A stretch of DNA of 64,000 bases from Botryllus schlosseri (Eukaryota): contig CM119386.1 in the NCBI GenBank assembly GCA_051294905.1, positions 2,046,001-2,110,000 of the forward strand. Reading direction: 5' to 3'. Shown here piece after piece: positions 38,475-52,000 of this stretch. Position numbers and translations under genes: made by a program. Under the pieces are notes generated by a model. It saw nothing but the letters and a program-made list of their open reading frames with translations. It was not told the origin of the DNA and did not search any database. Every line of letters begins with the position of its first letter. Position 1 is the first letter of the stretch.

Positions 38475-39502
38475 CCAGGATATACAGTTAGTCAGACACC
38501 CGAGTGATATCTGCGATACGTGCGATGTCGTAGTATATCCACGGGGCCGCGTCAAACTATAGATTACAAACGTATTGTGCGTACGAGTAGGTAATGGTAT
38601 ATGTATTGTATAGTATAGTTAGACTATAGTTGGATTAGCTACTAATTTATTGAACTACGGATGATCTGTCGTATTAAACATTGTGAACAAAGTCCAACCA
38701 ATTATTCATAACTACTGACGGCGGTAGTGACTAGAGACTCACATAAGCAAATAAGCATACCAGGCGGAGGCGCAAGCTTCTCTTCTGGAGTGACAGCCTG
38801 ACACGTATCCTAGCATACTCCAGTCAAGTCTGTCTGTGGTTTAGGTAGATTTTGTATATAGGTTCGTTCGAACGCCGGCCAGATCAGACCAAAAGAGTTG
38901 CTTGTATAAGGCGTTTGGCACTAGTGTTGACGCTGAGGACTTGATAACCTCTCTTTCTTTACATTGTCATCGTCGAAGTACCGCGACGCTGTAGACGCAA
39001 ATACACTTCCTTCCTTTGCATCTTGCATGTAAACTGCGTACCAGAGATATGATATAGCTCTGTTAGTGTATATAGCCGGTTACGACTCGTATACTGTGTC
39101 ATGCTGCAATAAGTAGCCCTCTTACTCTTCGCTATTCGGTATTTATGTATTAGGCTATATCATACGGGGTCAGATTATGTTAGGATCTGTACTGTATTGA
39201 GACTGCACAATTTATTTGTGAAACATTTACCACAAAATGGTTGTAATCCAGCAACAACTTCGCACTGCAATTATGTTCAGATCAGGCTGATTGCGCGAAA
39301 TTCAGGAGTTGCATTTTATGCGATCTACGTATAGCTTATCAAGGTTGATTTTTCTGGCCCGTGTGAATAGGCCTATATTATATAGATATACAGTTGAGTG
39401 TGGCGGGGAACCTGATCTAAAAGCATGCTGGGTCAGTGGGTCTACCTTGCTACGTTACCTTGGCTTGGGACCAGAGTGGAATCGGTGGCAACGGCACACG
39501 CA

Positions 39503-39896
39503 ACGTCACGCGAGCATTTATGTCTGATCACGCCGGTTAATGAATTATGCTGACGTCATGAAGCGTTACCATAGTCCATATCCAGAATAGGGAGCTTGCG
39601 CTTTACAATGTTACGCAAGCAAGCGTGGCATTTGCGCAACAGCGAATATACGGCGTAACCCTAGTCTGGCGTATACCAGATCTATTTTAGCACATTGTGT
39701 CGTTTAATAAGTAATTCAGTATTGAATCAGAGAGAAAAATAATTCCGTCACGCGGATGAAATTTTCCAATCACACGAGAAATCCGTCTGTCACGCACAAC
39801 ATGTTGTCGAAAACAACCACCGATTCCAGTCTGGCCTAAGAAAGATTTCATTTTTGTTTCGCTTACATGTGACTTGTGACATCTATTATGACGTAA
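39503..39896 (+). promoter_or_regulatory. Putative EDEM3 proximal promoter with ACGT-core bZIP sites
   Basis: ACGTCA at 39503, TGACGTCA at 39551-39558, CCAAT at ~39765 and TGACGTAA at 39889-39896, all within 500 bp upstream of the EDEM3 ATG. Confidence 0.3.
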
Positions 39897-40000
39897 TAAA
39901 TTTCAAAGTAGTGTAAAATGATGTGCATCAAACTATCGACCATTTCACCTAGACGAATTTATGATTGAATCTCAAACTTTCCAGATCTTTACACTAGGCT

Positions 40001-43000
40001 ATGACGGGAGGGCATGGCATCCAAAAGTTGGGTGTCTGGGTATTCGGTTTGTCCTTTTGTGTTGCTGTCTATGGATTAGCATGGAATTCCGGAACGATCA
40101 CTCCGGCAAAGAAAGTCCAGTTGAGGTATGTTTAGAATCTGGACTTGACTTAGTTTATGTGCAAGAACATTGTTTGATTTTCTCATTTGGTTCATAACTT
40201 TTAATTGACCCTACTAGATCTTGAAGTTATTAAAAAAAGTCTCTACCTGTATCTGTATGTATCATCACTGCCACAATACCACAATTTTGCTGAGTTTATT
40301 AATAAATAGTTGTGTCTTGAAATTGAGGTACTATTTCATTCTTAATGCACCACTGAGGCCGGGTCTGCATTATAAATCTCAAATGCAGAGTTGTAATGAC
40401 TCCGGTCATGACTCGAGTCCCAATTTTTCTTTGACTCGTCTTGACTCGGATTATTTTCTTAAAAATGGGATGTGAATCGAGTCGACTTGAGTCAATTTGT
40501 GTATTTTTTCGACTTGTAGGCATACCCGAGTCATTGCGCATGACTCGACACGTTCGATATGATTGATCCAAGTCTTGTATATCAGGACCAATAATTGAAA
40601 AATAGACCCAGAAACTGACTTTTATCTGTTTATCTGTTTGAATGAACATGGTTAGAGTGATAAGAATAAGTATATTATGAATCTGAGGCCTTCGATATCA
40701 GTATCACAGAGAGTTGAACCTGGTTAGAACTCGATATTGAACAGTACAAACTACGACTACCCAGACTCGAACTGTTGCGCCCTTATTTGGACTTGACTCG
40801 GTGGTGAAATAAAAATGACTGGACTTGAAACTCGAGTCAAAACAATAACAGTTGGATTTACTAGTGACCCAGAACATTGGGACTTGAAACCCTGCCGAAA
40901 CGTCTGTCTCTATTCTGGGCGCATTAGCCATTTTTTCTTGAGCATTCAATGGTTGAAGGTAGCACTTTATGTGGTTTAATATCAAAAGCTGCCTCCTCTT
41001 GCAACAGTCTACTTTTTTCAGGGATAAAGTTCTTGAAATGTTCACACATGCTTACTCCTCCTACATGGAACACGCCTATCCCGCCGACGAACTAATGCCA
41101 ATAGCCTGCAAAGGCCGATACCGAGGAGTTACGACATCAAGGGGAGATGTTGACGATGCACTGGGAAAGTATGATAGAGTTCTTTTCTTTAATCTATTTT
41201 TAGCACTGCAACTTCATATGAAGTGCATTATTTTACCAGTGACTGACAGTGACTGAATATATTTTTGAAGACTCTACCAATTTTTGGTGTCATTTTGCGT
41301 TGGTCGCTATTATATATCTTGCAATTTTGAAAGAACTTTATGAAACCAGGCCTACTTACTGGAGTAGGCCTACTTTTCAGGCCTTATATTTAGTATTTCA
41401 AGTAGTTTTGACATGTTTTGGAATTTAATACGGTATTTTACTTGCACCAGTACTGGAGTAGGAATCTACAGCGTTTCTTTAAACTCTATTTGACTATCTT
41501 TAAACTCTATTTGACTATCTTTGACGATCTACGCATCTTAACTTGAAGAGCTTCTTGGAGGTACAGAACTTCACTATTCTATTGAGTAGTATATTCACAT
41601 TGAAATGAGCCCGAATATTTTCGGCTGACACTCTTCAGGGGTAATCGTCAGCAACTAGTAGAGAATTGGAAAGAACATTGTATATCAACAATCGTATCGC
41701 TCTAATATGACGCCACAAGCGCAAAATTTCAAATAAGAGAGTTAGAGAGAGTTCAATGTAGCCTACTATTTTTAGATTGTACACTAAAATAGTACATTAA
41801 ACCCTCTCTTATTCGAAATTTCGTTCTGGTGACGTCATATTTTGTGATACAGCGTACAGTTGTTGATATACAATCCAATTCTCTACTAGTTGCTGACGAT
41901 TACCCCTGATGAGTGTCAGCCGAAAATATTCGGGTTCATTTCAATATGAATATGCTATCCAATTGCATTTTAACTTGAAGAAACTTCAGGCCACCTTTGA
42001 AGTCATTGCTCCTCATGTGAATGCTTTAGTATATTTCCACAGCTATTAGCAGGAGACTGCCGTTACTGCCGCTGCGTAAGATCACAGTTGAATATGTTTT
42101 GAATTCCTGTTCAGTTTCTCGTTGACTCTGATCGACACTCTGGACACGTTGGCTGTTTTGGGATTGTACGACGAGTTTGAGGATGCCGTAAAGAAAGTGG
42201 AAACTGACGTCCGTTTCGACTCCAATCTAATTGTATCGGTCTTTGAAACCAACATTCGAATTTTGGGGTAATTCTGCGTTTTCTCGAACTAAAGTTAGAG
42301 TCTGTCACCAGTAAGATTTGTAAACGCTGATTGTAAGGCCAATGTGAGATTACACCAAGCAATGCCTGTTTCGGTATGTTGAAAGATTTGGCTGTAGATC
42401 TAGAAAGCTTGTTACTATCAGTACCTGCAGCACTGGTCTAGCTGGCTGTGTTACTGTTGGTGAATGATTGGACTCAATCTGAGTGCTGTAGAGCTACCCC
42501 GACCCCCTGTAGATACTATTATTACAAATTAAAAATTTCAAAAACAAAAATTTTGCGAATCAAAACTTTTTAACAGTAATAGCTTCACTCTCCACATTTA
42601 TAATTTAGCATTTTTTTCGTTTTTGAATTCTTTGGTTAGTAATATTATAGGGTTGCCATATTCGAAAGAGAGGACACTTGAAAATTCCGAAAGTACTGCT
42701 AGCGGCTAAGAAAACTGGTGAATTTGAAAAAAATTTTGTACCAAAACTTCTGCGTTCGACAAAAGAAAGGTTGTCACTCACCAATTCTGCCTAGAAGTCG
42801 ACTGTTTCGTGGCATTTTAATACTTTTCTGATAAAAGGGAACAAATTCCCCCCAAAACAGAGGACATTTAGGCGTCCTCGGAGGACACTTTCAATTTCGC
42901 TTTTTCAAGAGGACAAATCCTCTTGAAAAAGGACATATCGTAACCATATAATGATAGTATTTACGGTGGGTAGCTTGATAATATATCTACTATACGCTAG

Positions 43001-46000
43001 TATCAATGCTGACTAGACTGCTTTGAATTCGTGCCGTGGCCAACAATTTCTGTTGCTGTCGCAGAGGCTTGCTCGGGGGCCATGCCTCAGCATTAGAAAT
43101 CCAGTTGGAGCACGACCGAATGAAATGGTACAACGGTTCTTTGTTGAGGATGGCAAAGGAAGTGGGGGATAGATTGCTTCCCGCTTTTAACACAACAACT
43201 GGAATTCCAATGTCGCGGGTACGTAGATTTGTCCTTGTCATAAATTCTTGCTAAACGTGATTCTCTATTGTACCAGTACGTAATGGATATTCCGGCCAAG
43301 CATGTTTTATTCACGTACAGAATAGGATCCCTAATCCGCTGGGCGAAACTCCCGCACTGGAAAGGCCCTAACATTAGGGTTGTTCAAAAAGAACTTATTT
43401 TTCACTGATTAAATTGTTGGGTTGCCGAAAAAAACCATGCACACCAAATTTGGCTCGATTCCAACTGGTAGATGTGAACGTACAGGAGTTTGAAAATTCT
43501 GTATTTATTATAAGAAAATTAGAAAAAAGAATTTCAAACTCCATTTCCCACTGTTTCAGTACCCCTGCACTAGGGCAATATTTCAGAACCCGATTTCTAC
43601 ATAGTCTTGGTAATATCCTTGACTATTTTTACCGACTTCTTTGGATATATTTCAGTTATCAAGCATAATCTATCATGACTGTATTGCCTATGCCTGTGTG
43701 TAGGTAAACTTGAAAACGGGAGCTGTCAATAGAATCCATGATAAAGACACTTGCACTGCGTGCGCGGGCACTATGATTTTGGAAATGGCTGCCCTGTCAA
43801 GGTTTACTGGTAAGTCTTTGAAGTTAGATTCGCTTGAAGCCTCATCATCTGATATTGTTTGTAATTTTTATATGGATACTGTTGCTGTCACTAAAACTTT
43901 ATCATCTCCATTTTATATTTGTGTCCTGTGATACTGGTTAATTGCTGTGCTTTTTCTCGGCCCAGGTGACCCCATTTATGAGGATAAAGCACGTAAAGCC
44001 ATGGATTACTTGTGGTCTCGTAGGCAGAGGTCGTCAGATCTGATGGGGACTGTACTAAATGTCCACGATGGCGAATGGATAAGGTAAGGAATTTGAATTT
44101 GCTGTAGGTTGGCGTGATTCGTAAAACGTGCAGCTTTTAGGAAGGAAAGCGGTATTGGTGCGGGTATCGATTCCTACTATGAATATCTCCTAAAAGCTTA
44201 CATCGTTTTCTCGGATGAGGAGTACTTACTTCGTTTCAATGCACACCACTCAGTAAGTCTTATGCTGTATCCAATTTCATAATCGTTCAGTAGGATGGAT
44301 CAAAATAGGGTACCGTCCAGATTCTAATGGTGCTACAATGCGGTATCAGGGTGCCTATGACCTTTTTTGTTGAATGCCTTTCCTAAAGATGTTCATGTTC
44401 AGTCAAAAACACTGTTTTGTGTGATTTTTATAAGCTGTTGATCATTTTAAGGACCTAGATGTCTGAATTTAGTGTCTTGGGTCTGGACTGTCAAAGATTG
44501 GGAGCCACTGAGTGTCAGTCCACGATTATATTGGGACAAATTTTCTTTTTGTCGAATCCTAATCGAGACATATGTTGTTACAGTAACATTTTTGTTATGT
44601 ATCCCAGTAATGCAGATATTAACTTGGCAATACCATCAAAAATGCTCAAACCATACTCTGAAACTCTACGTCATGACCTTAAATCTACTAACGTCGACCT
44701 CAATGTTTCGACAGGCTCAACTATCTTTAGTATGATAACCGTATTCAAAAATTTATAATGAATTAAAGTAATAATCTGAATATTCATAGCATAGTGCTTA
44801 GTTCGCAGTCTTTTTTGTAGTTTTTCAATATCAATTCATTCCGTGCATAAATAAAATCACTCTAATGCAGGAGTCACTAACTCATTTGTACCAACGGGCA
44901 TGTCATCATTTTGTTGATTCCTAAGGGTCAAATCCTCTGATTTGGTGATTGAGTAACACAATTCTACCGTTGTACTGGAAAAAGTCAGCGTCGAATGTGG
45001 TGGTATGATATTTTCGTGTAACATTGGCGACAGCATGAAATGACCATTAGTTGGAACAAATCTTTAATGCTAGCTACATGCTATCAATTATTTATTTTGA
45101 TGTTACACTGTTAGCATCTTACACTGGTATGCAGAAGGCACTTGTCATCGTGTGCTGGATGAATATTCCTTGGTATAATTTGATCATAATTAAAAAACAG
45201 GACATCGTTGTTGTGTCTTGATAATAATTTTTTTCGTTACTGACACACTGTGGACCCAACACAAAGTTGAGCTCTATCAAAGTAAGAAGGGGTGAAAAAT
45301 TTTGAACTTATTAGAGAAATATTCCAACGATTTTATTTTGATGGCTACTATTGGAAGCTTCAAGTAAATTTGTATCGTGTTAAATTCTGGTTCTTGGCTT
45401 TCTGTCCAGGTGAGTGCACATTGAGGAGTGTTGTTCAACAATTTTATTCTTTATATCATATTCCTGCTTCTCAAATAGACTCGAATTTTGATAAAGCATT
45501 TCATATTGTTCCAGTTGTTCGTGTGTTCATATTCAAATGAACCCGAATATTTTCGGCTGACACTCGTCAGGGGTAATCGTCAGCAACTAGTCAAGAATTG
45601 GAAAGAACATTGTGTATCACAAAATATGATTAAGTGAGGCCAATTCCATAGATGACAGCATGAGCGATACAGTAGTCTTCAATACAAGGCCTGAATTCAC
45701 TCGGTATCATGCCATAATCTACTAAAAACTTCAATACGCCACATGATCAATAAGATGATTGGAAATTCCATATCTAAATCGAATCCATTAGAGCGAAACT
45801 GAATTCAAACGTGGCCCAAATTTTTAATGCATTTTTAATTAACATTTGTTTGTATATCTGCGATAAATGGCATAGCTTTAATCGCGTGTCGGTTGTGCCG
45901 TGAGTAACGTCACGCAGGCTTCGGTTATCATTCTCAAAGCTGCATCGGTGCTTCAAACTCACCATGGCGCCTCACTTTCAGGCTATAAAGCAGTACGTCA

Positions 46001-49000
46001 AGCAAGGCCCGTTGCTCATCAACGTGATGATGCACCAGCCGAACACCCCTTCGCGGAATTTCATGGACGCTCTCGGAGCATTCTGGCCTGGACTTTTGGT
46101 AAGAAGCCTTGAAATTATGTAGTTCCTCGCGGTAACCAGGGATTGTCGATGTTCAGCATTGGTAATCATGAAGAACTAGATGTAGCGCTGTATATTTCTA
46201 CTCTATTAGCCATTTTGGCGGTCAAAACTGCTTCAAGTGAAATTAGTAGGTCGCCAAAGTAGTCGAGGGGTCATATTATCAGTTCATCGAAATTGCAAGA
46301 TGTATGTTTGCTACTGCCTCAGAATATATAACAACATCACAGACAGGTGCAATCTTCATCATTCAAGACTATATATACCAAGTCACAAGACTCCGAGTCA
46401 CAAGTCAATCTCACTTATATACGTTTGACTTGAGTCAAGTCGAGTCATGTTTAATTCACCACCGAGACAAGTCCGAGGTCAAGTCAGCGAGCAGAGGGTC
46501 GAGTCCGAGTCATTGTGTTCGCTGCTCAGTTTTCAGTTAAAGTCTTGCTAAACCCGCTTTTTATAACTGTACTTGGTGATATCGAATGGTTCACATTTAT
46601 AATATACGAATTTCCCTCACTTTTAGCAGTTTCTGGTCTCATTTTCAAGTACCAGTACCAATAGACGAAATGCCAATGGGCTGGTTACTTTACTATTCTT
46701 CGAAATTACAAATTGGCTGTCTAAGTCTCGAGTCATATGACTTGGTTCGATGCATGCGAATTTGCTCAATGACTCGAGTCCAAGTCGAGTCAATACACGA
46801 ATTGACTCGAGTCGAGTCATTTCCGTATTTTGAGAAAATCAGTCGAGTCTAGTCATCAGAAAATCGTGACTCGAGTCGAGTCATGACTCGAGTCATTACA
46901 ACCCTGGTTACCATGCATCCTCTGGTCAGATTTCTCCTCCTTTTTGATGAACTCGGAAATATCCTCCGAGGACGCCTAAATGTCCTTATTTTTGGCAATT
47001 CGCGCTCCTTTACAGCTTTGACAACCAGGCGATTGCACGGGCACAGCTAAAAAACGCCATAAATGACATACAATCTTGATCTGCACGGCAGAGATTGACT
47101 AAAAATTACTTTAGAGTGGATCTACCGCGAGTCGAGTTGGATAAATGACATTTTTTAAGTCAACACAACAGTATTTTTAACCGTACCGTGGTTTGTCAAA
47201 AGTGTCCGTTTTTTCGGATCTCAAAATATGTTTTTCGGATCTCAAAATATGTTTTTCGGATCTCAAAATATGGCAACCCGCATTCAGTTAACTTGATGCA
47301 GGGGCTGTTTACTGTGGTTCTCCTGACTATTCACACAAGGGTTGTAATAACTCTAGTCACGATTTTCTGATGACTTGACTTAACTCGAGTCATTTTCTCA
47401 AAGTACGGAAATGACTCGACTCGACTCAATCTGTGTATTGACTCGGCTTGGACTCGATTCATTGCGCATGATTCGAACCAAGTCATATGACTCGAGACTC
47501 AGATGGCCAAGACCGACATTTCATTGTAATTTCGAAAAACAGGGATTTCGTCTATTGGTACTGGACTGGTACTAAAAATGCGACCAGAAACTGTTAAAAG
47601 TTAGGAAAATTAGTATATTATAAATGCGAGCCATTCGATGTCACCAAACAGAGTTATAAAAGTGGATTTAACAAGACTTTAACAGGAAACTGAGCAGTCA
47701 ACTCAATGTCTTGGACTCGGACTCGAGTCATAATACCATGACTCTGACTCGAACCTCTGCTCGATGACTCGGACTTGACTCGGTGATGAATTGAAAATGA
47801 CTCGACTTGACTCGAGTCAAAACTCTAAAAGTGAGATTGACTTGTGACTTGGAGCTTTGTGACTCGGTTACAACCCTGATTCACACGTAAAAGCAATGCA
47901 AACTTATCCCAAACCTTCTTTCTAGTTGTTGGAATCCCAATTGTAGAAAGTATGCAAGCCTAGTTTTGCGTAAAATCTGTTTAGAAGAAGTGGAAGTACC
48001 AGTAATCAAAAGTTTCGCGCTGTTCTCTTGTCCGTACCGGTAGGCAAATTATTTTGAATGAGTAGAAGTACTTACTGTCACTGACAGCCTCTTGATTGTC
48101 GCTATGTGGATTTCAGGTGTTGAAAGGTGACTTGCTGCCCGCGATCGAAAACCACGAGCTGCTCTACCAGGTGTTCCAGCGGCACAAATTTCTGCCCGAG
48201 GCCTTCACCACCAGTTTCGACATCTTCTGGGGACAGTACCCGCTACGGCCCGAGTTTGCCGAAAGCACGTACCTTCTGTACCAGGTAATTTTGTGTCGTG
48301 TTTAGAGCTGGGAAAATTCCTACACTTGTGGTAGTTTATCAGAGGATTCAGTTTAATTGCGTTTCAGGCCACGAAAGACCCGTATTATCTTGAGGTCGGC
48401 AGAACGATTATAGAGAATCTGGAGAATCATACCAGGGTGGAATGCGGATACGCCGGGATAAAAGTGAGTTTGCTTTCATATTGTGTAATAAAAATAAAAT
48501 ATTTTTGGGATAAGTTTGTGTCAGTTCAATGCGTGAAATCATAATACGAACAGTCTAAAATCAATGTCACATTGACGCCCGAATATATTGCTGAAGATTG
48601 TAATCATTTCTAGTAGCATTAGTCAAGATACAAGATTTTTCGAAATTTCATGCCGGTGACATCGTATTTTATGGTACGATTGTTGATATACTATGTTCTT
48701 TCCAATTCTCTGCTAGTTGCTGACGATTGCGCCTGGCGAGTGTCAGCCGAAAATATTCGGGACCATTTCAATATGAACATCATATTCAATTGTATTTTGA
48801 GGATGCATTTTGCCGCTCTGACCAACTTTGTTTATGTAGCTGTTTTAGCAATACTATATGGACCAAAGGTTGCCGATTGTAGCCTACTACAAGAGATTTT
48901 ACAATATAGAAGAAGCCTATTCCGGGTTATGTGATAACATTATTTGTATCCAACTAATAAAGGTCAAAGTGGAGTATGGTAAAACAGGATGCTTGTGCGT

Positions 49001-52000
49001 TCAACCATGAATATGTTTGGGCTTTGTGAGATTTTGAAGGGCGGTGTCTGATGAAACTACATTGTTCATGCCTCTATAGATTTAGAATTGCTGAATTCAC
49101 AAATACTAAGAAATTTAATGAGATACCTAATTGAATAGTTTCTAACAAAATTTAGCAGAATTGATTCTTATGGGCAAAAAAATGGCAAATGTCTATAAAC
49201 CAATCTTTTCTCGTTTAACACGATATAGTTATCCTGTAGCATTTACAGGAAAATCAAAATGAGATTCGAATTGAAGTTCTGACGATAGAAACATTCCCTA
49301 AATTAGACTACAATCAGTTTACTGGCCTCGTATTCTAACAAGTCTAGTTATCTATTGTAGTTATCCGAGTATGGCGCTTATAGACTATTATACTGATATT
49401 ATTATTGGACCAGAGGATTGTAACCAAGTCACAAGGTTCCGAGTCGCAAGTCAATTTGTTTTTACAGTTTTGCCTCGAGTCAAGTTGAGTCATTTTCAAG
49501 TCACCACCAAGTCAAGTCGTAGTCGTGAGATTTGAGTCCGAGTCGTAGTGTTCAATGTTCGTTATCGAGATCAAGTCAGGTTTTTGAACTATTTGGTGAC
49601 GATCATAATAATATACTCATTTTTCTCACTCGTAACATGTTTATTCGAATGGATAAAAGACATATTCTGGGCGTATTATTCATGTATTGGTTTAGACTTG
49701 CGACCTTGGTTGTGTGGAATAATTGTAGGCTCAACTGAAGTACGTTGAAAAATGCAGGATGTTCGGACGTTCAATCACGAGGATCGTATGGACTCGTATT
49801 TCCTCGCCGAGATGTTCAAGTATCTGTACTTGTTGTTTTCCCCCGCGACCAGCACGGAATGTGGCACGACCGGCCCGGGGCTAAAGATGGAAAATTATTT
49901 ACTCACCACCGAAGCGCACCTTTTACCGCTGTACTTGTCGACTATGCCGCCGCACGGAAATAAAACGTCCAGCGTAAGATTTTTTTGCCATATTCAAGTT
50001 TGGTCATGCTTGACCTTCTGCTGTGTCATCTCCTGTTTGTCGTTAATATCTTGAAAATGTATGGAGAGTTCGAATAATCGATTTTGGTATTTGATCAGTG
50101 AAATTGTTACTGTTGTATTAAGAAATTTGAAAACGGCACAAAAGCCTGTGCTCTTTCTTCGGCGAGTTGTAAACATATTTCGGAAGGCGCCCTTTCGCAG
50201 TATTAAACTGCTTGCTGTACCTCAGTCTGTCGGCGGATCCGAACGGTTAATGGAACGACAGTGCGAGAACAGCGAGTACGTACGCTCCACAAACTTGAAG
50301 CATCTTCAGAAAGTACGCGGTACCGTGCGGAAATTTTTTCACAAGCTGCAGCCCGATTCCGCCTCGCAAGCCTCTTGCAAGATCAAGTACGTTATCATTG
50401 TCGTCTGGTTGCAGACTTGTCTTCATTAAATGCAATAGTTAGTTTTCTATGTTAGCATAGGCCTGCCAAGTGTCGCACATATCCAAAATTTTATGGCTTT
50501 GTAATTTCGTATTGAAATTTGAACGAATCAAGAAAGTTACCATAGTTACTCCCGGGCGTGATCATTGATCGGTAACGAAGCACTTCTACTCGACAGATTT
50601 TAAGCAAAACAACCTACATTTTAGACTTGGATATTGAAGAGTAGAAAATACTTTAAGATGTGTTTCCATCACGTTAACGAACCAAATTGTCATAGCGGTT
50701 GAGTGAAATATCACCTGTATCACGGTGACTGAATATGTTGGAGAAATTACACCAATTTGTGGTGTAATTAGTAACTACAAGTCATTTTTTTGCTTGTCGT
50801 GTAAATCGCCGCTTCTTGTAATTGATTTGAAATTGAGGCATTTGCTTTGACTTTTCTCGGGTGCAAGCAATAACTACTTAGGCCGCCACTGGCCCTAGCA
50901 CATTAGCCTGCTACGTGGACTTGCGATTTACAGAGTCGGCCAAGACGCCGTGACCCAGCAGCTAAGATTTGACGGCCCGCGGATGCTGGTCGCCAAGGAC
51001 TTTGACATGATGGACAAGGACCACATCAATCTAATCAAGCTGATGGGAATCACGACCGAGGTGATCGAGAAGGGGAAAATCCAGCTGAACTTCGACCCCA
51101 AGTTGGCTACTTCGGAAAGGAGCGCCGCGGTGAGTGATTTGGATTGACGTTTACCAGCGTTTTTTAGAAACGTGACATTACGTCTTGTATTCTGCACGAG
51201 TGCATTGATTTATAACTTGAAGACCATTATACAACAGTGATTATCAACCATTTTGACCTCGCGGATCAGTAAACCTTCAAAATATATGTCTCGGACCGTT
51301 GAACAACCAAGATTAACCCTAAATTTGAGCAAGACATATGTATGCAACTTGAATTTCATGCAGGAAACTTCTTATAAAGCCGCCTTTTTGACACAATATA
51401 TTTATACGTGCCTCTTTTAAGGTTTCTGCAAGCCGCAACTCCCGGAGTCCTGTTAAAACCACTAATTTGGTCGTGATTTTTCGCTATCCTTTGAAAGAAA
51501 TGAAACTTTTATGTTTGCTATAGCCTCTATTATTATGCCAACGGTCGTTTAATTGCACTGTCAGAATTTAACGAAGTTTGTTAAAAAAGTCTCCACCGTT
51601 TTCACATATAACTTGTCCGAAGTTGTAGGCTATTTCCAAACACTTGCACCATTAGATTATTACCGGGGTTTTGCAAACTTGTTCTGTTTGCTCTTTTAGG
51701 AAGGTCGCATATTTCTCTACGAAATTCAAGAGCTCAACAAGGCCACCGAAGAACAGTCCGTGGAACCCGTTCTCATTCAGTTGCTGAGCCAACCTTATCT
51801 CGGGGCGATCATTCTGAAGGGCGGACCCGCACAGTTTGGACCGTCCATGTCGGAACTCCCGCCTGTAAGCTGCCTAATGTGGATCAGCGGCTCATAAAGT
51901 AGTTTTGGCCGTGAAATAGTAATGCTTTATTTTCCTGTTGTTGCAATATTTGGGTGGATCTGTGTAGTGAGTTGATTTTTGATTAGTGACGACTGACGAG

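Noticed and set aside
38520-39230. Possible solo LTR downstream of the LINE
   Set aside because: No TG...CA pair with a matching 4-6-bp duplication could be found, and there is no second copy in the window.
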